Part shown: piece after piece, positions 48,563 through 59,570 of the stretch
Layout of the letters: each line of letters opens with the position of its first letter
How positions within the stretch are numbered: the stretch's first letter is position 1
Source of the DNA: Alphaproteobacteria bacterium
Lineage (GTDB): Bacteria; Pseudomonadota; Alphaproteobacteria; UBA7887
DNA length: 64,000 nt
Assembly: GCA_965216755.1 (NCBI GenBank)
Contig: CBDCGL010000011.1
Location: 1,184,001-1,248,000 of the forward strand
Reading direction: 5' to 3'
The notes under the pieces: generated by a model
What the model was told of the DNA's origin: nothing
The model's input: only the letters and a program-made list of their open reading frames with translations
Database searches by the model: none
Translations under genes and position numbers: made by a program

Positions 48563-49021
48563 TCAATTCTTGCCCTGGCGCGGAACCGTCCGGGTTTCAT
48601 CATCGGCGTCGCGTTGGCGATATTGCGTCAATGCGACTTCATCCAACGTTCGCTGCGCACGTCGAGCCGCTGCCGCCTGCTCCGCCGCAACTCGTCTCTG
48701 CTGGGCAATCTCATAGCGCTTTAACACCGTGAAACTCTCGGCAACAGCTTCGCGGGCGACGTCAATTTCCGGTTCGAGGGCCGCGATCATGTCCTCCAGC
48801 GCACCCTCTTCCAGAAGAACACGACGCACATAGTCGCCGTAGCTCGCGGCCAAGGCGGGCTCCATGTGTACCAGCGCGTGCTCGGCCGCCATAGCGCCGC
48901 GCAGTGCCGCCTTTCTTTCAATCAGGGCGTCCTGTCGCGCGATGATCCCAGCCAACGCACGGCGCTTCTCGTCCACCTCTTCCTTTTGCAGACGGATGAG
49001 GCTTTTCAGAGTCTTGGTCAA
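48563..49021 (-). CDS. fliJ: Flagellar export protein FliJ
   Basis: LKSLIRL...[17 protein letters not shown]; overlaps fliI stop. Confidence 0.85.
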   Translation of the reverse strand: MTKTLKSLIRLQKEEVDEKRRALAGIIARQDALIERKAALRGAMAAEHALVHMEPALAASYGDYVRRVLLEEGALEDMIAALEPEIDVAREAVAESFTVLKRYEIAQQRRVAAEQAAAARRAQRTLDEVALTQYRQRDADDETRTVPRQGKN

Positions 49022-50343
49022 TTCGCGGGCTCAAGGATGCCGGCCAAGGATGCGTAGCCCTGGTCGAGGGTCGACCGTTCGGCGATGCCCTGGCGCAGAA
49101 AGTCTTCAAGCGACTCATGGTAATGGATGGCCTCGTCAACCTCGGGGTCGCTACCACGTCGGTACGCGCCCAACCGGATCATTTCTTCCATATTGGCGTA
49201 GGCTGCCATCAAGCGGCGGGCCCGATTGACCAACGCAGTCTCCGCCTCGCTGTTGCAGCCGGGCATGGTCCGCGAAATGCTGCGCAAGATGTTAACGGCT
49301 GGAAACCGACCGCGCTCTGCAATAGCTCTCTCCATGACGATGTGGCCATCCAAAATGCCACGCACGGCATCCGCGATCGGCTCATCATGATCATCGCCCT
49401 CGACCAAGACCGTAAATAGACCGGTGATGCTGCCCGCATCGATGCCGGGGCCGGCACGTTCCAATACGCGGGGCAGTTCGCCGAAAACAGACGGCGGATA
49501 GCCCTTGGTCGCGGGTGGCTCACCAGCGGTCAGCCCGATCTCGCGTTGCGCCATGGCGAAGCGTGTCACGCTGTCGATGAGACACAAAACATCGCTTCCT
49601 TGATCCCGGAAATATTCGGCGCACGTCATGGTCAAATAGGCGGCTTGCCGGCGCATGAGCGCTGATTCGTCGGAAGTGGCGACCACCACGACAGAGCGCG
49701 CCAAACCCTCCGCGCCCAAATCATCCTGGATGAACTCTTGCACTTCGCGGCCACGTTCACCGATCAGCCCAATGATGTTGACATCGGATGAGGTGTAACG
49801 CGCCATCATCGAAAGCAATACGGACTTGCCCACGCCCGAAGCCGCAAAGATACCCATACGCTGGCCGCGACAGCAGGTTGCAAATGTGTTGAGCGCGCGT
49901 ACACCGAGGTCAACCTTGCCCTCCACACGTTGGCGGGCATGCGCCGGTGGCGGGCGCCCACGGAGCAATCGACCGTGGCGGCCGCGGGGCAATGGTCCGA
50001 GTTCATCGAGGGGTTCGCCGACCGCGTTGACGACCCGACCAAGCCAAGCACGATCCGGATACACCATTGGCTCGGTGTTGCCCAAGCGGACGCGGGCCCC
50101 GAGTGACACGCCCTCTAATGTGTCATAGGGCATGAGTAGCGCCCGATCGGCGCGGAAGCCAACGACTTCACAGCTCACGATATGGCCAAAATTGGTATGG
50201 ATCTGACAACGACTGCCGATCCCCGCGACCCCTTGCAGACCACTGCACTCGACCAGCAGGCCCTGCACCGCACCGACGCGCCCGGTGATTTCATAGGGGC
50301 GCAAATGCTCGATTTCATGGACCAAGTCGGCAACGGTTGACAT
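49018..50343 (-). CDS. fliI: Flagellar export ATPase FliI
   Basis: [41 protein letters not shown]. Confidence 0.96.
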   Translation of the reverse strand: MSTVADLVHEIEHLRPYEITGRVGAVQGLLVECSGLQGVAGIGSRCQIHTNFGHIVSCEVVGFRADRALLMPYDTLEGVSLGARVRLGNTEPMVYPDRAWLGRVVNAVGEPLDELGPLPRGRHGRLLRGRPPPAHARQRVEGKVDLGVRALNTFATCCRGQRMGIFAASGVGKSVLLSMMARYTSSDVNIIGLIGERGREVQEFIQDDLGAEGLARSVVVVATSDESALMRRQAAYLTMTCAEYFRDQGSDVLCLIDSVTRFAMAQREIGLTAGEPPATKGYPPSVFGELPRVLERAGPGIDAGSITGLFTVLVEGDDHDEPIADAVRGILDGHIVMERAIAERGRFPAVNILRSISRTMPGCNSEAETALVNRARRLMAAYANMEEMIRLGAYRRGSDPEVDEAIHYHESLEDFLRQGIAERSTLDQGYASLAGILEPAN

Positions 50344-50433
50344 GGTGATATTTGCCTCACACGGCGCCACAACGACAGACGATATGTACATCGGATTGAA
50401 TTTTTGGCGCTCCCGAATATCCCGCGGCGGACC

Positions 50434-50572
50434 TTAAGGAACGGTAAATCACGACCATTGGTACCGCTCTCGGTGGGCAACAAAAACAAAGTTTCTGAAA
50501 CACATAATAATGTGATTTCGTTGTTTACCTTTTCGATTCCGCGTCCTATATCTATGGTTAACACTGGTTAAC
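50434..50572. promoter_or_regulatory. Candidate CtrA sites in the divergent fliI/ctrA promoter
   Basis: TTAA-N7-TAAA 50434-50448; ATGGTTAA (reverse TTAACCAT) 50554-50561; TGGTTAAC repeated with 10-bp period. Confidence 0.5.
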
Positions 50573-50597
50573 GTAGAAAAAAGGGGGTTTGATCGGG

Positions 50598-51323
50598 ATG
50601 CGGGCCCTGGTTGTCGAAGATGACGCTTATACCTCAAAAATGATCGAGGATGAGCTGTGTTCAGAAGGCTTTGTATGTGAGGTCACCGATTTAGGGGAAG
50701 ACGCCGTAGAACTGGCAAAGTTGTATGATTTTGACATAATTTTGCTTGACTTGATCCTCCCGGATATTGATGGCTACGAGGTCGTTCAGCATCTGCGCTT
50801 GGCCAAAGTCCAGACGCCGATATTGATCTTGTCCAGCCTGGGTGAAACCGACAAGAAAATCCGAGGCCTGAGTTTCGGTGCTGATGATTATTTGACGAAG
50901 CCTTTCGACCGTGGCGAACTGTTAGCGCGTATTCAAGCGATTGTCCGACGGTCAAAAGGTCACTCCCAATCAACCATCACGACGGGAAAGATCTGCGTCA
51001 ACTTGGATGCGCGCACCGTCGAAGTGGGTAGTTCCCCTGTGCACCTAACGGGCAAAGAATACAGCATATTGGAACTACTGTCGTTGCGTAAGGGCACAAC
51101 CCTGACCAAAGAGATGTTTCTCAATCACCTCTATGGCGGAATGGACGAGCCTGAGCTCAAGATTATTGACGTGTTCGTGTGCAAATTGCGGAAGAAACTC
51201 GCGGCAGCAACCGGTGGTGAAAACTATATCGAAACGGTTTGGGGCCGCGGGTACGTTCTGAAGGATCCGCCGGCCGACCCTGTTGTCACTGAGACCCGTA
51301 TGCCCGCCACAGTGCCTGCTTAG
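50598..51323 (+). CDS. ctrA: Cell-cycle response regulator CtrA
   Basis: [62 protein letters not shown]. Confidence 0.95.
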   Translation: MRALVVEDDAYTSKMIEDELCSEGFVCEVTDLGEDAVELAKLYDFDIILLDLILPDIDGYEVVQHLRLAKVQTPILILSSLGETDKKIRGLSFGADDYLTKPFDRGELLARIQAIVRRSKGHSQSTITTGKICVNLDARTVEVGSSPVHLTGKEYSILELLSLRKGTTLTKEMFLNHLYGGMDEPELKIIDVFVCKLRKKLAAATGGENYIETVWGRGYVLKDPPADPVVTETRMPATVPA

Positions 51324-51348
51324 CCTACAAACCGGTCAATCGGCAAAC

Positions 51349-51386
51349 CAATAGGGGCCATCGTCAGCGGACGATGGCCCCTATTG
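51349..51386. terminator. Hairpin between convergent ctrA and cheR, likely bidirectional terminator
   Basis: Perfect 17-bp stem CAATAGGGGCCATCGTC / GACGATGGCCCCTATTG, 4-nt loop. Confidence 0.75.
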
Positions 51387-51426
51387 CGATTTGGTCATTG
51401 TGGCGCTTGATACCACGCGGTGGAAG

Positions 51427-52239
51427 TTACAAGGGCCGATAAAGACCGCGCTGGTTGTCGACGGCGCCAAATTTTTCAGTCACGCCAAGCACCGTTTCGG
51501 ATCCGCCAAGCAGCAGATAGCCGTCGTCCGGTAGCAATTTATGCGCCCGTTCCAAAATATCCTTCTTTGTTTCCGGGTCGAAATAGATCAGGACATTTCG
51601 GCAAAACACGATGTCGACAGGGCCAATTTTCGAGAAATCCTTGAGCAGATTTAGCTCTTCATAGCGCACCATCGCGCGAATCTCGCTGTTCACCTGCCAG
51701 GCGTCATTCTGCTGCTGGAAATACTTTACCAACATGCTCACGGGCAGCCCGCGCTGGACCTCGAACTGCGAGTAGATGCCGGCTTTGGCCTTCGCTAGCG
51801 CCTCGGTCGAAAGGTCGGTCGCAATGAATTCGATGCGGTATCCGGCGAGTTTGGCACCAAGTTCCTTGATAACCATTGCCAAGGAGTATGGCTCCTGCCC
51901 GGTCGAACAAGCCGCGCACCAAACGCGGATTTTTTTCTGGCTCGCGCGTGCTTCCGTTAAGGCGGGAACCATAACATCGCGGAACTGATCGAACGGCCGG
52001 ATATCACGAAAGAACAGAGTCTCGTTGGTTGTCATCGCATCAGTGATCTCGCGCAAAAGCGGTTCATCACCACCTTTGCGGACCGACGCGACCAGCGCAT
52101 CCATGCTATCAAGACCGCGCGTACGAACCAGAGGCATTAGCCGGGATTCGAGCAGGTAGGTCTTGTCTTCCGCCAAAACGATTCCCGATCGTTTTCGGAT
52201 TACGCCGGCAAGCAATGTAAAGTCTTCGGGTCGGATCAT
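51427..52239 (-). CDS. cheR: Chemotaxis methyltransferase
   Basis: TTNETLFFRD, WCAACSTGQEPYS, FCRNVLIYF. Confidence 0.95.
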   Translation of the reverse strand: MIRPEDFTLLAGVIRKRSGIVLAEDKTYLLESRLMPLVRTRGLDSMDALVASVRKGGDEPLLREITDAMTTNETLFFRDIRPFDQFRDVMVPALTEARASQKKIRVWCAACSTGQEPYSLAMVIKELGAKLAGYRIEFIATDLSTEALAKAKAGIYSQFEVQRGLPVSMLVKYFQQQNDAWQVNSEIRAMVRYEELNLLKDFSKIGPVDIVFCRNVLIYFDPETKKDILERAHKLLPDDGYLLLGGSETVLGVTEKFGAVDNQRGLYRPL

Positions 52240-53378
52240 TAGCCTGCCCTGAACGTGCGCACCAGATGCGGCGCGATATCTGATACTTGCAGGACTTTGC
52301 TGCACAAACCGGCGGTCGCCGCTGAACCTGGCATGCCCCACACCACACTTGTCGCCTCGTCCTGCGCGATCACGGTTCCATTGGCCTCGACGATATGTTT
52401 CGCACCCTTGGTTCCATCCGATCCCATCCCGGTTAGAACGACACCCAAGACGCGTCCTTTGTATACCGCGGCGAGACTGCGAAACATGGGGTCGACCGCC
52501 GGCCGACAGAAGTTCTCTGGCGGATCTTTGGTCAGCTTAATCTTAGCGTCTGTCGCACCGCCAACCACCATCATGTGGTGGTCGCCGGGCGCAACATAAA
52601 TGCGCCGTGATGTAACGCGCTCGCCATCCTCAGCTTCCGCAGCCTTGATCCCCGACACGTTCTCCAGATTTTCCGCCAGAATTTTGGTGAATGTCGGCGG
52701 CATGTGCTGGGTAATGAAGATCGGACAGGTGATTTGGCCCTTGAGCAAGCCAAAGATTGTAAACAGCGCCTGCGGGCCACCTGTCGAACTACCGATCGCC
52801 AGCACGCCGGGGATGTTCGTGGATTGCGGCCGCAGAGTGACCTTGGCACCGCTATAGAGGCCCTTGGCGGGGGCCGGGGGGGCCGCGGCGCGCGCGCGCT
52901 TGGGCAAAAGGCCGCCTTTTCGCGCTGTTGCGCCAAGGGCACGCACCTTGTCGATGAGCTCGCGTTTGAAGTCAGTTGCCTTGTGCAATGACCCTGACGA
53001 GCTTGGCTTTGTCACATATTCGGATGCGCCGATCGACAAGGCTTTGAGACTGATCGCCGCATTGCGTGCGGTCAGCGTAGACGCCATCAATACTTTCAAG
53101 TCGGGCTTTTTCTGGAGTAGCAGCGGCAACGCGGTCATGCCGTCCATGACCGGCATTTCGATATCGAGGATGACCAGCTCTACGTCATGCCGATCGAGCG
53201 CTTGGACCGCCAACTGGCCGTTGCCCACCGACGCCACGACAGCGACATCCGATTCGGCTTCCAGGTAGCGCGCGAACAACCCCCTCACGACCGCCGAATC
53301 ATCGGCGATCATCACTCGGTAGGGCCCGTCAGCACCTTCCGCGCTGGCGGTACCTCGCGCCCGTGCCGCAACGCTCAC
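52239..53378 (-). CDS. cheB: Chemotaxis methylesterase
   Basis: Receiver LDIEMP; GSSTGGP, QHMP, LTGMGSDG. Confidence 0.95.
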   Translation of the reverse strand: MSVAARARGTASAEGADGPYRVMIADDSAVVRGLFARYLEAESDVAVVASVGNGQLAVQALDRHDVELVILDIEMPVMDGMTALPLLLQKKPDLKVLMASTLTARNAAISLKALSIGASEYVTKPSSSGSLHKATDFKRELIDKVRALGATARKGGLLPKRARAAAPPAPAKGLYSGAKVTLRPQSTNIPGVLAIGSSTGGPQALFTIFGLLKGQITCPIFITQHMPPTFTKILAENLENVSGIKAAEAEDGERVTSRRIYVAPGDHHMMVVGGATDAKIKLTKDPPENFCRPAVDPMFRSLAAVYKGRVLGVVLTGMGSDGTKGAKHIVEANGTVIAQDEATSVVWGMPGSAATAGLCSKVLQVSDIAPHLVRTFRAG

Positions 53379-53743
53379 GTAAACAGTCCTACTTGCGCGA
53401 ACTTGGACTTAATAATCTCGCTGTCGAACGGCTTCATGATGTATTCGTCAGCCCCGGTCGTTATCGCTTCTTGAATCTGTGCCATGTCGTTAATGGTTGT
53501 GCAAAAAATAACCTTTGGCTCATTGCCACCGGGTGACTTGCGAAGGTTACGCAAAAACTCAATGCCATCCATGTTCGGCATATTCCAGTCCAACAGAACA
53601 ACGTCGGGCATGCTATTCTTGCAGGCGTCCAAAGCCTTCGCGCCGTCCTCTGCTTCATCGACCAAAAACTCGAGATCCTCAAGTATGCGACGCGCGACGG
53701 TGCGAATGACCTTTGAGTCATCAACGACGAGGCAAGATTTCAT
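53375..53743 (-). CDS. cheY: Chemotaxis response regulator
   Basis: LVVDDS, LDWNMP, YIMKPF. Confidence 0.93.
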   Translation of the reverse strand: MKSCLVVDDSKVIRTVARRILEDLEFLVDEAEDGAKALDACKNSMPDVVLLDWNMPNMDGIEFLRNLRKSPGGNEPKVIFCTTINDMAQIQEAITTGADEYIMKPFDSEIIKSKFAQVGLFT

Positions 53744-53808
53744 GTCCCTATCCCGCCTTGTTGTACAATGCTATCCACGACTATTAACCCCTCAGCCCCG
53801 ATCGCGTT

Positions 53809-54288
53809 CTATGCGGCCGCGGCGTGATTGATATTGAGTACGCAATCGATCTCCAAAACGACCAGGAGGCTTTCGTCGAGGCGAAAGACTCCAGCCGAGA
53901 CATCACGCCATCGCGAGTCCAGATTTGCGGGAGTGGCCTCGAATCTTTCCGATGGCAGATTCAGAACCTCTCCAACCTGGTCGATCACCAGGCTGTACAG
54001 CTCACCCTGGTGTTCCACAACGATGCTCATGTTGTTTTCATCGTCGTCTCGCCGTTCAAGATGCAGGCGCTTGCGCATGTCGACCGCTGTCACGATACGC
54101 CCACGCAGGTTGAGCGACCCAGCAATCTCCGGCGGTGCCAACGGAATTTTGGCTATCTTCTGAGGTCCAAGAACATCTTGCACCGACAACACGGGCAATC
54201 CAAACAGTTGCCCTGCGATGGTCATCGTAATGTAGTCGACGCCGCCGAGGCTGGAGCCCAGCGGCCTATGCGAGTCCGGGGCGCTCAT
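53809..54288 (-). CDS. cheW: Chemotaxis coupling protein
   Basis: IPLAPPEIAGSLNLRGRIVT. Confidence 0.93.
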   Translation of the reverse strand: MSAPDSHRPLGSSLGGVDYITMTIAGQLFGLPVLSVQDVLGPQKIAKIPLAPPEIAGSLNLRGRIVTAVDMRKRLHLERRDDDENNMSIVVEHQGELYSLVIDQVGEVLNLPSERFEATPANLDSRWRDVSAGVFRLDESLLVVLEIDCVLNINHAAAA

Positions 54289-57026
54289 GCGGCTTCTCCC
54301 AGCATTGACAGTGTCTGATCCAGAGAGTGCATGAGGGCGTCGCGATCGAATTTTGCGACATAGTCGGCATAGCCGGCCGCCCGCCCCCGATTCACATCCT
54401 GCGGCGCGGTCCGCGCCGTCAACGCCACCATTGGCGTATCGCTCCAACGCGGATCCTTTCTACACGCGTCAGCAAATTCGAAGCCATCCATGCCGCGCAA
54501 TTCGACGTCGGTCAGGATCAGATGGAAAGTCATTCCCTCTTCCCGCAGCATCAGTGCGTCGTTCGCCGACTCAACGGCCACAACCGTATACCCCTCGGCT
54601 TCCAATAGCGGCACAAGCATGCTACGGAAAAATGGGCTTTGATCGACGACCAGCACCCGGCGCTCGGCGGCGTCTTCGACTCTCTCGCCCTGGCCCTGGT
54701 TAAACCAGTCCGGACACACGTCGGCAACGTAGTAGCCCACGTCAATAACATCAGTAGCATTACCGGCGATTAGGGCGCTGCCGATGAGTCCTTGCCGCGA
54801 ACTGTTAAGTTCGACGTCGAGGCGCGCCTCGACAATGTCGAGGATCTCATCAACAACCAATCCCATCTTGCGATGGCCTTCTGCGAAGACAAGCACGGGA
54901 CGCTTGTCGCTATCACCAAGGTCCGCGCTCTGGTCGATGGTCCCCAAAGGCATCAATTCACCGCGATATTGGACAATCGGCATTCCGCCCGAATATTCGA
55001 TGTCGCCGAGATTGACTTCCTCCAGCCGGGCAACGAGCGACAAGGGCACCGCCTTGGGTTCGTTTTGTCCCCCAGCCTTGAACAACAAGATCGAAATCAA
55101 TTCCGCCGCCGCTGCGCTGCCGCCCGGTTCGTCGGTTTCCTCAACCTGATCGGCCGAGACGCTGCTTCCGGACACGGCCGACAGACCATTCGGATCCAAT
55201 ATCATCACGACGTTTCCGTCGCCCAGGATCGTATTCCCGGAAAAGATATTGATGTCACGGAGGATTGGTGCCACGGGCTTGACCACAATCTCCTCGGTAT
55301 CGAAGACACGATCAACGATGACACCAAAGGTTTGTGCACCGACCTGAACCACGACGATGAATCGTTCGCCGCTTGACTCTTCTTGGTCTTCGCTCTTCAA
55401 CGCGAGCGCGTCGCTCAAAGACACCAGTGGCAGCAAACGATCACGAAGCCGTAGCACGGGCGTGGACTTGATTGTCTCGATCCGGTGCTCGCTGGTCTGC
55501 GAAGCACGCACAAGTTCCACAACATTAATCTGCGGAATGCAGAACCTTTCCCCGCCTGCCTCGACGATCAATGCAGACACAATGGCCAAGGTGAGCGGGA
55601 TCTTGATGACAAACTTCGACCCCTGGCCCCATGTTGATTTCATCTCAACAGTGCCACCGATCTTCTCGATATTGGTCCGGACGACATCCATGCCGACGCC
55701 ACGACCCGAAACATTGGTGACTTTCTGCGCGGTTGAAAACCCAGCCTTGAAAACGAACTGCTGAATTTGTTCATCAGACATGGCCTCGAGTTCGGACTCG
55801 GTGGCCAAACCATTTTGTACGGCCTTGTTTTTGACTTTCTCGATATTGATGCCGCGGCCGTCGTCAGCGATTTCGATGATGATATGGCCGCCTTCGTGGA
55901 AGGCGTTGAGCGTAATCGTTCCGGTTTCGGCCTTGCCGGCCTCACGACGTTCCTCGGGCCCCTCGATACCGTGGTCGCCGGAGTTCCGGACCATGTGGGT
56001 CAAGGGGTCGCGGATCAGCTCGAGCACTTGACGATCGAGCTCGGTTTCAGCCCCGATCATCTTGAGGTCGATCTTCTTGTCCAGCTCATGGGCCAGGTCG
56101 CGGACGATCCGTGGCAGCTTGGCCCACGCGTTGCCGATTGGCTGCATCCGCGTTTTCATCACGTACTCCTGGAGTTCGGTCGTGATGTGGCTAAGCCGCT
56201 GCAAGGGCGCCGTAAACTCGCTGTCCTCCAGGGTCCGAAGCATCTGGAGCAATTGATTTCGGGTCAGCACCAACTCGCTAACCGTGGTCATAAGGTCTTC
56301 CAAGAGATCGACCGTGACCCGGATGGACTGGTTGGCGACCGGCGCGCTGGCGGCATCTTTGTCGCGCACCGCCGGCGGCGTATCCGGCTTCTTTGGCGCT
56401 GGCAGATTGGAGCTTTGCGCTGTGGGCTCAGCGCTTTCCGATGGCGTTTCGGCGGTCGCGCTTTCGCTTTCGACTTCGGCCTCCTTTTGCTGAGCCATCA
56501 AGGAGTCCATGTCCTGGCCGGTCATTGCGGCGGGAACCGGAACAAATCCGAATTCATCGGGTTCCTCCAGCCCGATCCCAGCCGCGGGTTCGGCCGCCGA
56601 TGTTTGCGGCTCCGCCGCTGTCGGCGCGGCCTCGGTGGTCGGCGCCTGATCACCTTCAGCAAAGCGATCCAATCGCGAAATCAGATCCTTATCATCGCCG
56701 TCGGGTTCAGCTTCGGTTCTGCTCAGCTCGCCAAGCAACTCCTTAATTCGGTCGAGTGCCTCAAGAATCAGGCTGACGGCCTCAGGCGTGACCATCAGGG
56801 TTCGGTCACGGAATTTGCCGAGCACGTTCTCGCCCGAATGTGCCACCGCCTCAAGACGCGGTAAGCCCAGAAACCCGCAGGTTCCCTTGATCGTATGGAC
56901 CAACCTAAAAATGTTTGAGATCAGATCGGGATCATTTGGATCTTGCTCAAGCTTCACAAGCTCGACATCAAGCTGGTCAAGACTTTCCGTTGTTTCAGTT
57001 AGAAATTCGCTCAGCAGGTCGTCCAC
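54285..57026 (-). CDS. cheA: Hybrid chemotaxis kinase CheA with two CheW domains and C-terminal receiver
   Basis: FRLVHTIKG, HMVRNSGDHG, DDGRG, SGRGVGMDVV, LTDVEL receiver. Confidence 0.95.
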   Translation of the reverse strand: MDDLLSEFLTETTESLDQLDVELVKLEQDPNDPDLISNIFRLVHTIKGTCGFLGLPRLEAVAHSGENVLGKFRDRTLMVTPEAVSLILEALDRIKELLGELSRTEAEPDGDDKDLISRLDRFAEGDQAPTTEAAPTAAEPQTSAAEPAAGIGLEEPDEFGFVPVPAAMTGQDMDSLMAQQKEAEVESESATAETPSESAEPTAQSSNLPAPKKPDTPPAVRDKDAASAPVANQSIRVTVDLLEDLMTTVSELVLTRNQLLQMLRTLEDSEFTAPLQRLSHITTELQEYVMKTRMQPIGNAWAKLPRIVRDLAHELDKKIDLKMIGAETELDRQVLELIRDPLTHMVRNSGDHGIEGPEERREAGKAETGTITLNAFHEGGHIIIEIADDGRGINIEKVKNKAVQNGLATESELEAMSDEQIQQFVFKAGFSTAQKVTNVSGRGVGMDVVRTNIEKIGGTVEMKSTWGQGSKFVIKIPLTLAIVSALIVEAGGERFCIPQINVVELVRASQTSEHRIETIKSTPVLRLRDRLLPLVSLSDALALKSEDQEESSGERFIVVVQVGAQTFGVIVDRVFDTEEIVVKPVAPILRDINIFSGNTILGDGNVVMILDPNGLSAVSGSSVSADQVEETDEPGGSAAAAELISILLFKAGGQNEPKAVPLSLVARLEEVNLGDIEYSGGMPIVQYRGELMPLGTIDQSADLGDSDKRPVLVFAEGHRKMGLVVDEILDIVEARLDVELNSSRQGLIGSALIAGNATDVIDVGYYVADVCPDWFNQGQGERVEDAAERRVLVVDQSPFFRSMLVPLLEAEGYTVVAVESANDALMLREEGMTFHLILTDVELRGMDGFEFADACRKDPRWSDTPMVALTARTAPQDVNRGRAAGYADYVAKFDRDALMHSLDQTLSMLGEAA

Positions 57027-57231
57027 TTGGCCCTCCAACCGGCACCTATTCGTACCGGGTTACCACCTATCTTGCCCGGCGTAATCGCATGCACCGGCAA
57101 AGCCCGGGCACGGAGCACGGAGCTCAAGATTTATGTAGAACTGTCGATCGGATCGGGTAGAACCGTTCATTCGAGAATCGTTCTGCGGCTTCATCGCCAA
57201 AGACTCCGCAGTTTCTTGTCATGGCCACCGA

Positions 57232-57420
57232 ATGAACCCTGAAAATTTCACGCCGGGAGCCTTTGTGCGTCACCCGAAAGAGCCGGACTGGGGTCTTGGA
57301 CAGGTTCAGTCGGTCATCGGCCGCCGCGTCACTGTGAACTTTGAGAATGCCGGGAAAGTCTTAATAAATATTGGCGAGGTCACACTGATAACCGTCGATC
57401 CAGAGGACCTGGATTTTTGA
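57232..57420 (+). CDS. DUF3553-like small protein
   Basis: VRHPKEPDWGLGQVQS, TVNFENAGKV. Confidence 0.8.
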   Translation: MNPENFTPGAFVRHPKEPDWGLGQVQSVIGRRVTVNFENAGKVLINIGEVTLITVDPEDLDF

Positions 57421-57533
57421 TCGCGCAACTTGGCGCCGTGCACCTTCCGACATTGCCTTAAGGTGGTACGTATCCGCGTACAGCCGCGGCCGTGATGCCC
57501 TCTAGCGCCGATCTTATTATCCAGTATACTGAG

Positions 57534-57558
57534 CGGTATATTTGGCGGTATATAACCG
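57534..57558. promoter_or_regulatory. ModE/Mo-box-like site upstream of moaA
   Basis: CGG-TATAT-N7-TATAT-AACCG fits TATAT-N7-TAYAT. Confidence 0.6.
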
Positions 57559-57650
57559 TTCAACGGCACCGTTGGGCCGTGGTATCGGCGCCGCAAGGCT
57601 CAGGTTATGCAAATAGCGCTAGAACGCGACAAGACCCACAAGGGTGCAAG

Positions 57651-58664
57651 ATGGGCCACCAGGGAACGACGACAATGATTGATCCATTCGGCCGAAAAAT
57701 CAGTTACTTACGCGTCTCAGTAACGGATCGGTGTGATTTCCGGTGTGCCTATTGCATGGCCGAGAACATGACCTTTCTGCCCAAGTCCGAGGTCTTGTCT
57801 CTGGAAGAGCTGGATCGCTTGTGCAGCACTTTTGTTGATCTAGGCGTACGAAAGCTGCGTCTCACCGGTGGTGAACCGCTGGTGCGAAAAAATATCCTTA
57901 CCCTAATACAAAGCCTTGGCCGGCATTTGCACAGCGGCGCATTGGACGAGCTGACATTGACGACAAATGGCAGCCAATTGGCGCGATACGCCGATGATTT
58001 GGTCGCTGCGGGCGTGCGTCGGATCAATGTATCGGTCGATACGCTGGTGCCGGAAAAATTCGCGGCCATTACGCGCTGGGGCCGATTGGATAAAGTATTG
58101 CAAGGCCTTGAGGTGGCCAAAAAGGCCGGGCTGTCGATAAAGATCAATGCGGTCGCTTTGAAAGGGATCAATGAAGACGAGATCGACGATATGGTTGGCT
58201 GGTGCGGCAATCAGGGCTTTGATTTGACGCTTATCGAAACCATGCCGATGGGCGACATCTCGGACGACCGAACTGATCAGTACCTTCCCTTGTCGCTGGT
58301 CAGAAGTCGCCTCAAGCGGCGCTGGACATTGACAGATATCGACTACCGCACCGGCGGACCCGCGCGCTATATGCGCATCGAAGAAACCGGTGGCAAATTG
58401 GGCTTTATTACACCATTGACACACAATTTCTGTGAATCGTGCAATCGCGTACGCCTGACCTGCACGGGTACACTTTATATGTGCTTGGGCCAAGACGACG
58501 CGGCTGACTTGCGCGCACCTTTGCGGGCTAGTGAAAGTAACGATCTACTTGTCGGGGCCATTCGGGCCGCAATCGATCGGAAGCCAAAAGGCCACGATTT
58601 TGTCATCGATCGCCGCGGCCGCGGGCCGGCAGTACAACGACACATGAGTGTCACGGGTGGCTAG
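57651..58664 (+). CDS. moaA: GTP 3',8-cyclase
   Basis: [25 protein letters not shown]...LYMCL, MSVTGG C-terminus; start 57651 or 57675. Confidence 0.96.
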   Translation: MGHQGTTTMIDPFGRKISYLRVSVTDRCDFRCAYCMAENMTFLPKSEVLSLEELDRLCSTFVDLGVRKLRLTGGEPLVRKNILTLIQSLGRHLHSGALDELTLTTNGSQLARYADDLVAAGVRRINVSVDTLVPEKFAAITRWGRLDKVLQGLEVAKKAGLSIKINAVALKGINEDEIDDMVGWCGNQGFDLTLIETMPMGDISDDRTDQYLPLSLVRSRLKRRWTLTDIDYRTGGPARYMRIEETGGKLGFITPLTHNFCESCNRVRLTCTGTLYMCLGQDDAADLRAPLRASESNDLLVGAIRAAIDRKPKGHDFVIDRRGRGPAVQRHMSVTGG

Positions 58665-58717
58665 TCGCGAGAGTGGATCACGAGTTTTTCCCCTCGGTTG
58701 AGCGGCTGGTGCAATAA

Positions 58718-59485
58718 ATGCCGAGAATGCAAATTCGATTTGTCGCCTCGGACCAGGGGCCGGCCGTTGAAGCGTCGGCCAAGCTTATCGCGCGCTACGG
58801 CAATGCCGCATCCGACCGGGCCGACGTCATCGTCGCGCTCGGTGGCGACGGCCTCATGCTGCACACCCTGCATGACTTCATGGATCGAAATCTACCGATA
58901 TACGGCATGAATCAGGGCACGGTGGGCTTCCTCATGAACAGCTATCGTGAGGACGACTTGGTCGAGCGAATCCAGGCGGCCCGCGAAACGACTTTGTGCC
59001 CATTGCGGATGACGGCCATCGCTGTCGACGGCTCGCGCGCGCAGGGGTTGGCGATCAATGAGGTGTCGTTGCTGCGACAAACCCGCTATGCGGCAAAAAT
59101 CCGTATTTCGATTGACGGCCGTGTCCGATTGCACGAATTGATTTGCGATGGCGCCATGGTGGCAACGCCGGCCGGAAGCACTGCGTACAACCTGTCGGCA
59201 CATGGACCGATCCTTCCATTGGAATCCAAATTGCTGGCACTAACACCCATCTGCGCGTTTCGCCCGCGTCGTTGGCGCGGCGCTCTGCTGCCAGAATCCG
59301 CTGTCATTCGGTTTGAAGTCTTGGAACCGGAAATCAGGCAAGTCAGCGCAACGGCCGATTATACTGAAGCACGCCACGTTCGTTCGGTGGACATAGAGCA
59401 AGACAGAGGGAAGACACTTCGGCTCTTGTTCGATCCAGAGCATGATTTGGAAGAGCGGATCGTGGCCGAGCAATTCATTCCTTAG
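58718..59485 (+). CDS. ppnK: NAD kinase
   Basis: [29 protein letters not shown]. Confidence 0.93.
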   Translation: MPRMQIRFVASDQGPAVEASAKLIARYGNAASDRADVIVALGGDGLMLHTLHDFMDRNLPIYGMNQGTVGFLMNSYREDDLVERIQAARETTLCPLRMTAIAVDGSRAQGLAINEVSLLRQTRYAAKIRISIDGRVRLHELICDGAMVATPAGSTAYNLSAHGPILPLESKLLALTPICAFRPRRWRGALLPESAVIRFEVLEPEIRQVSATADYTEARHVRSVDIEQDRGKTLRLLFDPEHDLEERIVAEQFIP

Positions 59486-59570
59486 ACTGCGCGGGCTGCA
59501 CGGTTGCTAGCGCATTCGCGCCTGGACGTGGCGCACATATCATCCTTGATTATCGAGAAAGGAACTGCCG

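Noticed and set aside
55767-56864. 365-aa plus-strand ORF
   Set aside because: Antisense shadow of cheA
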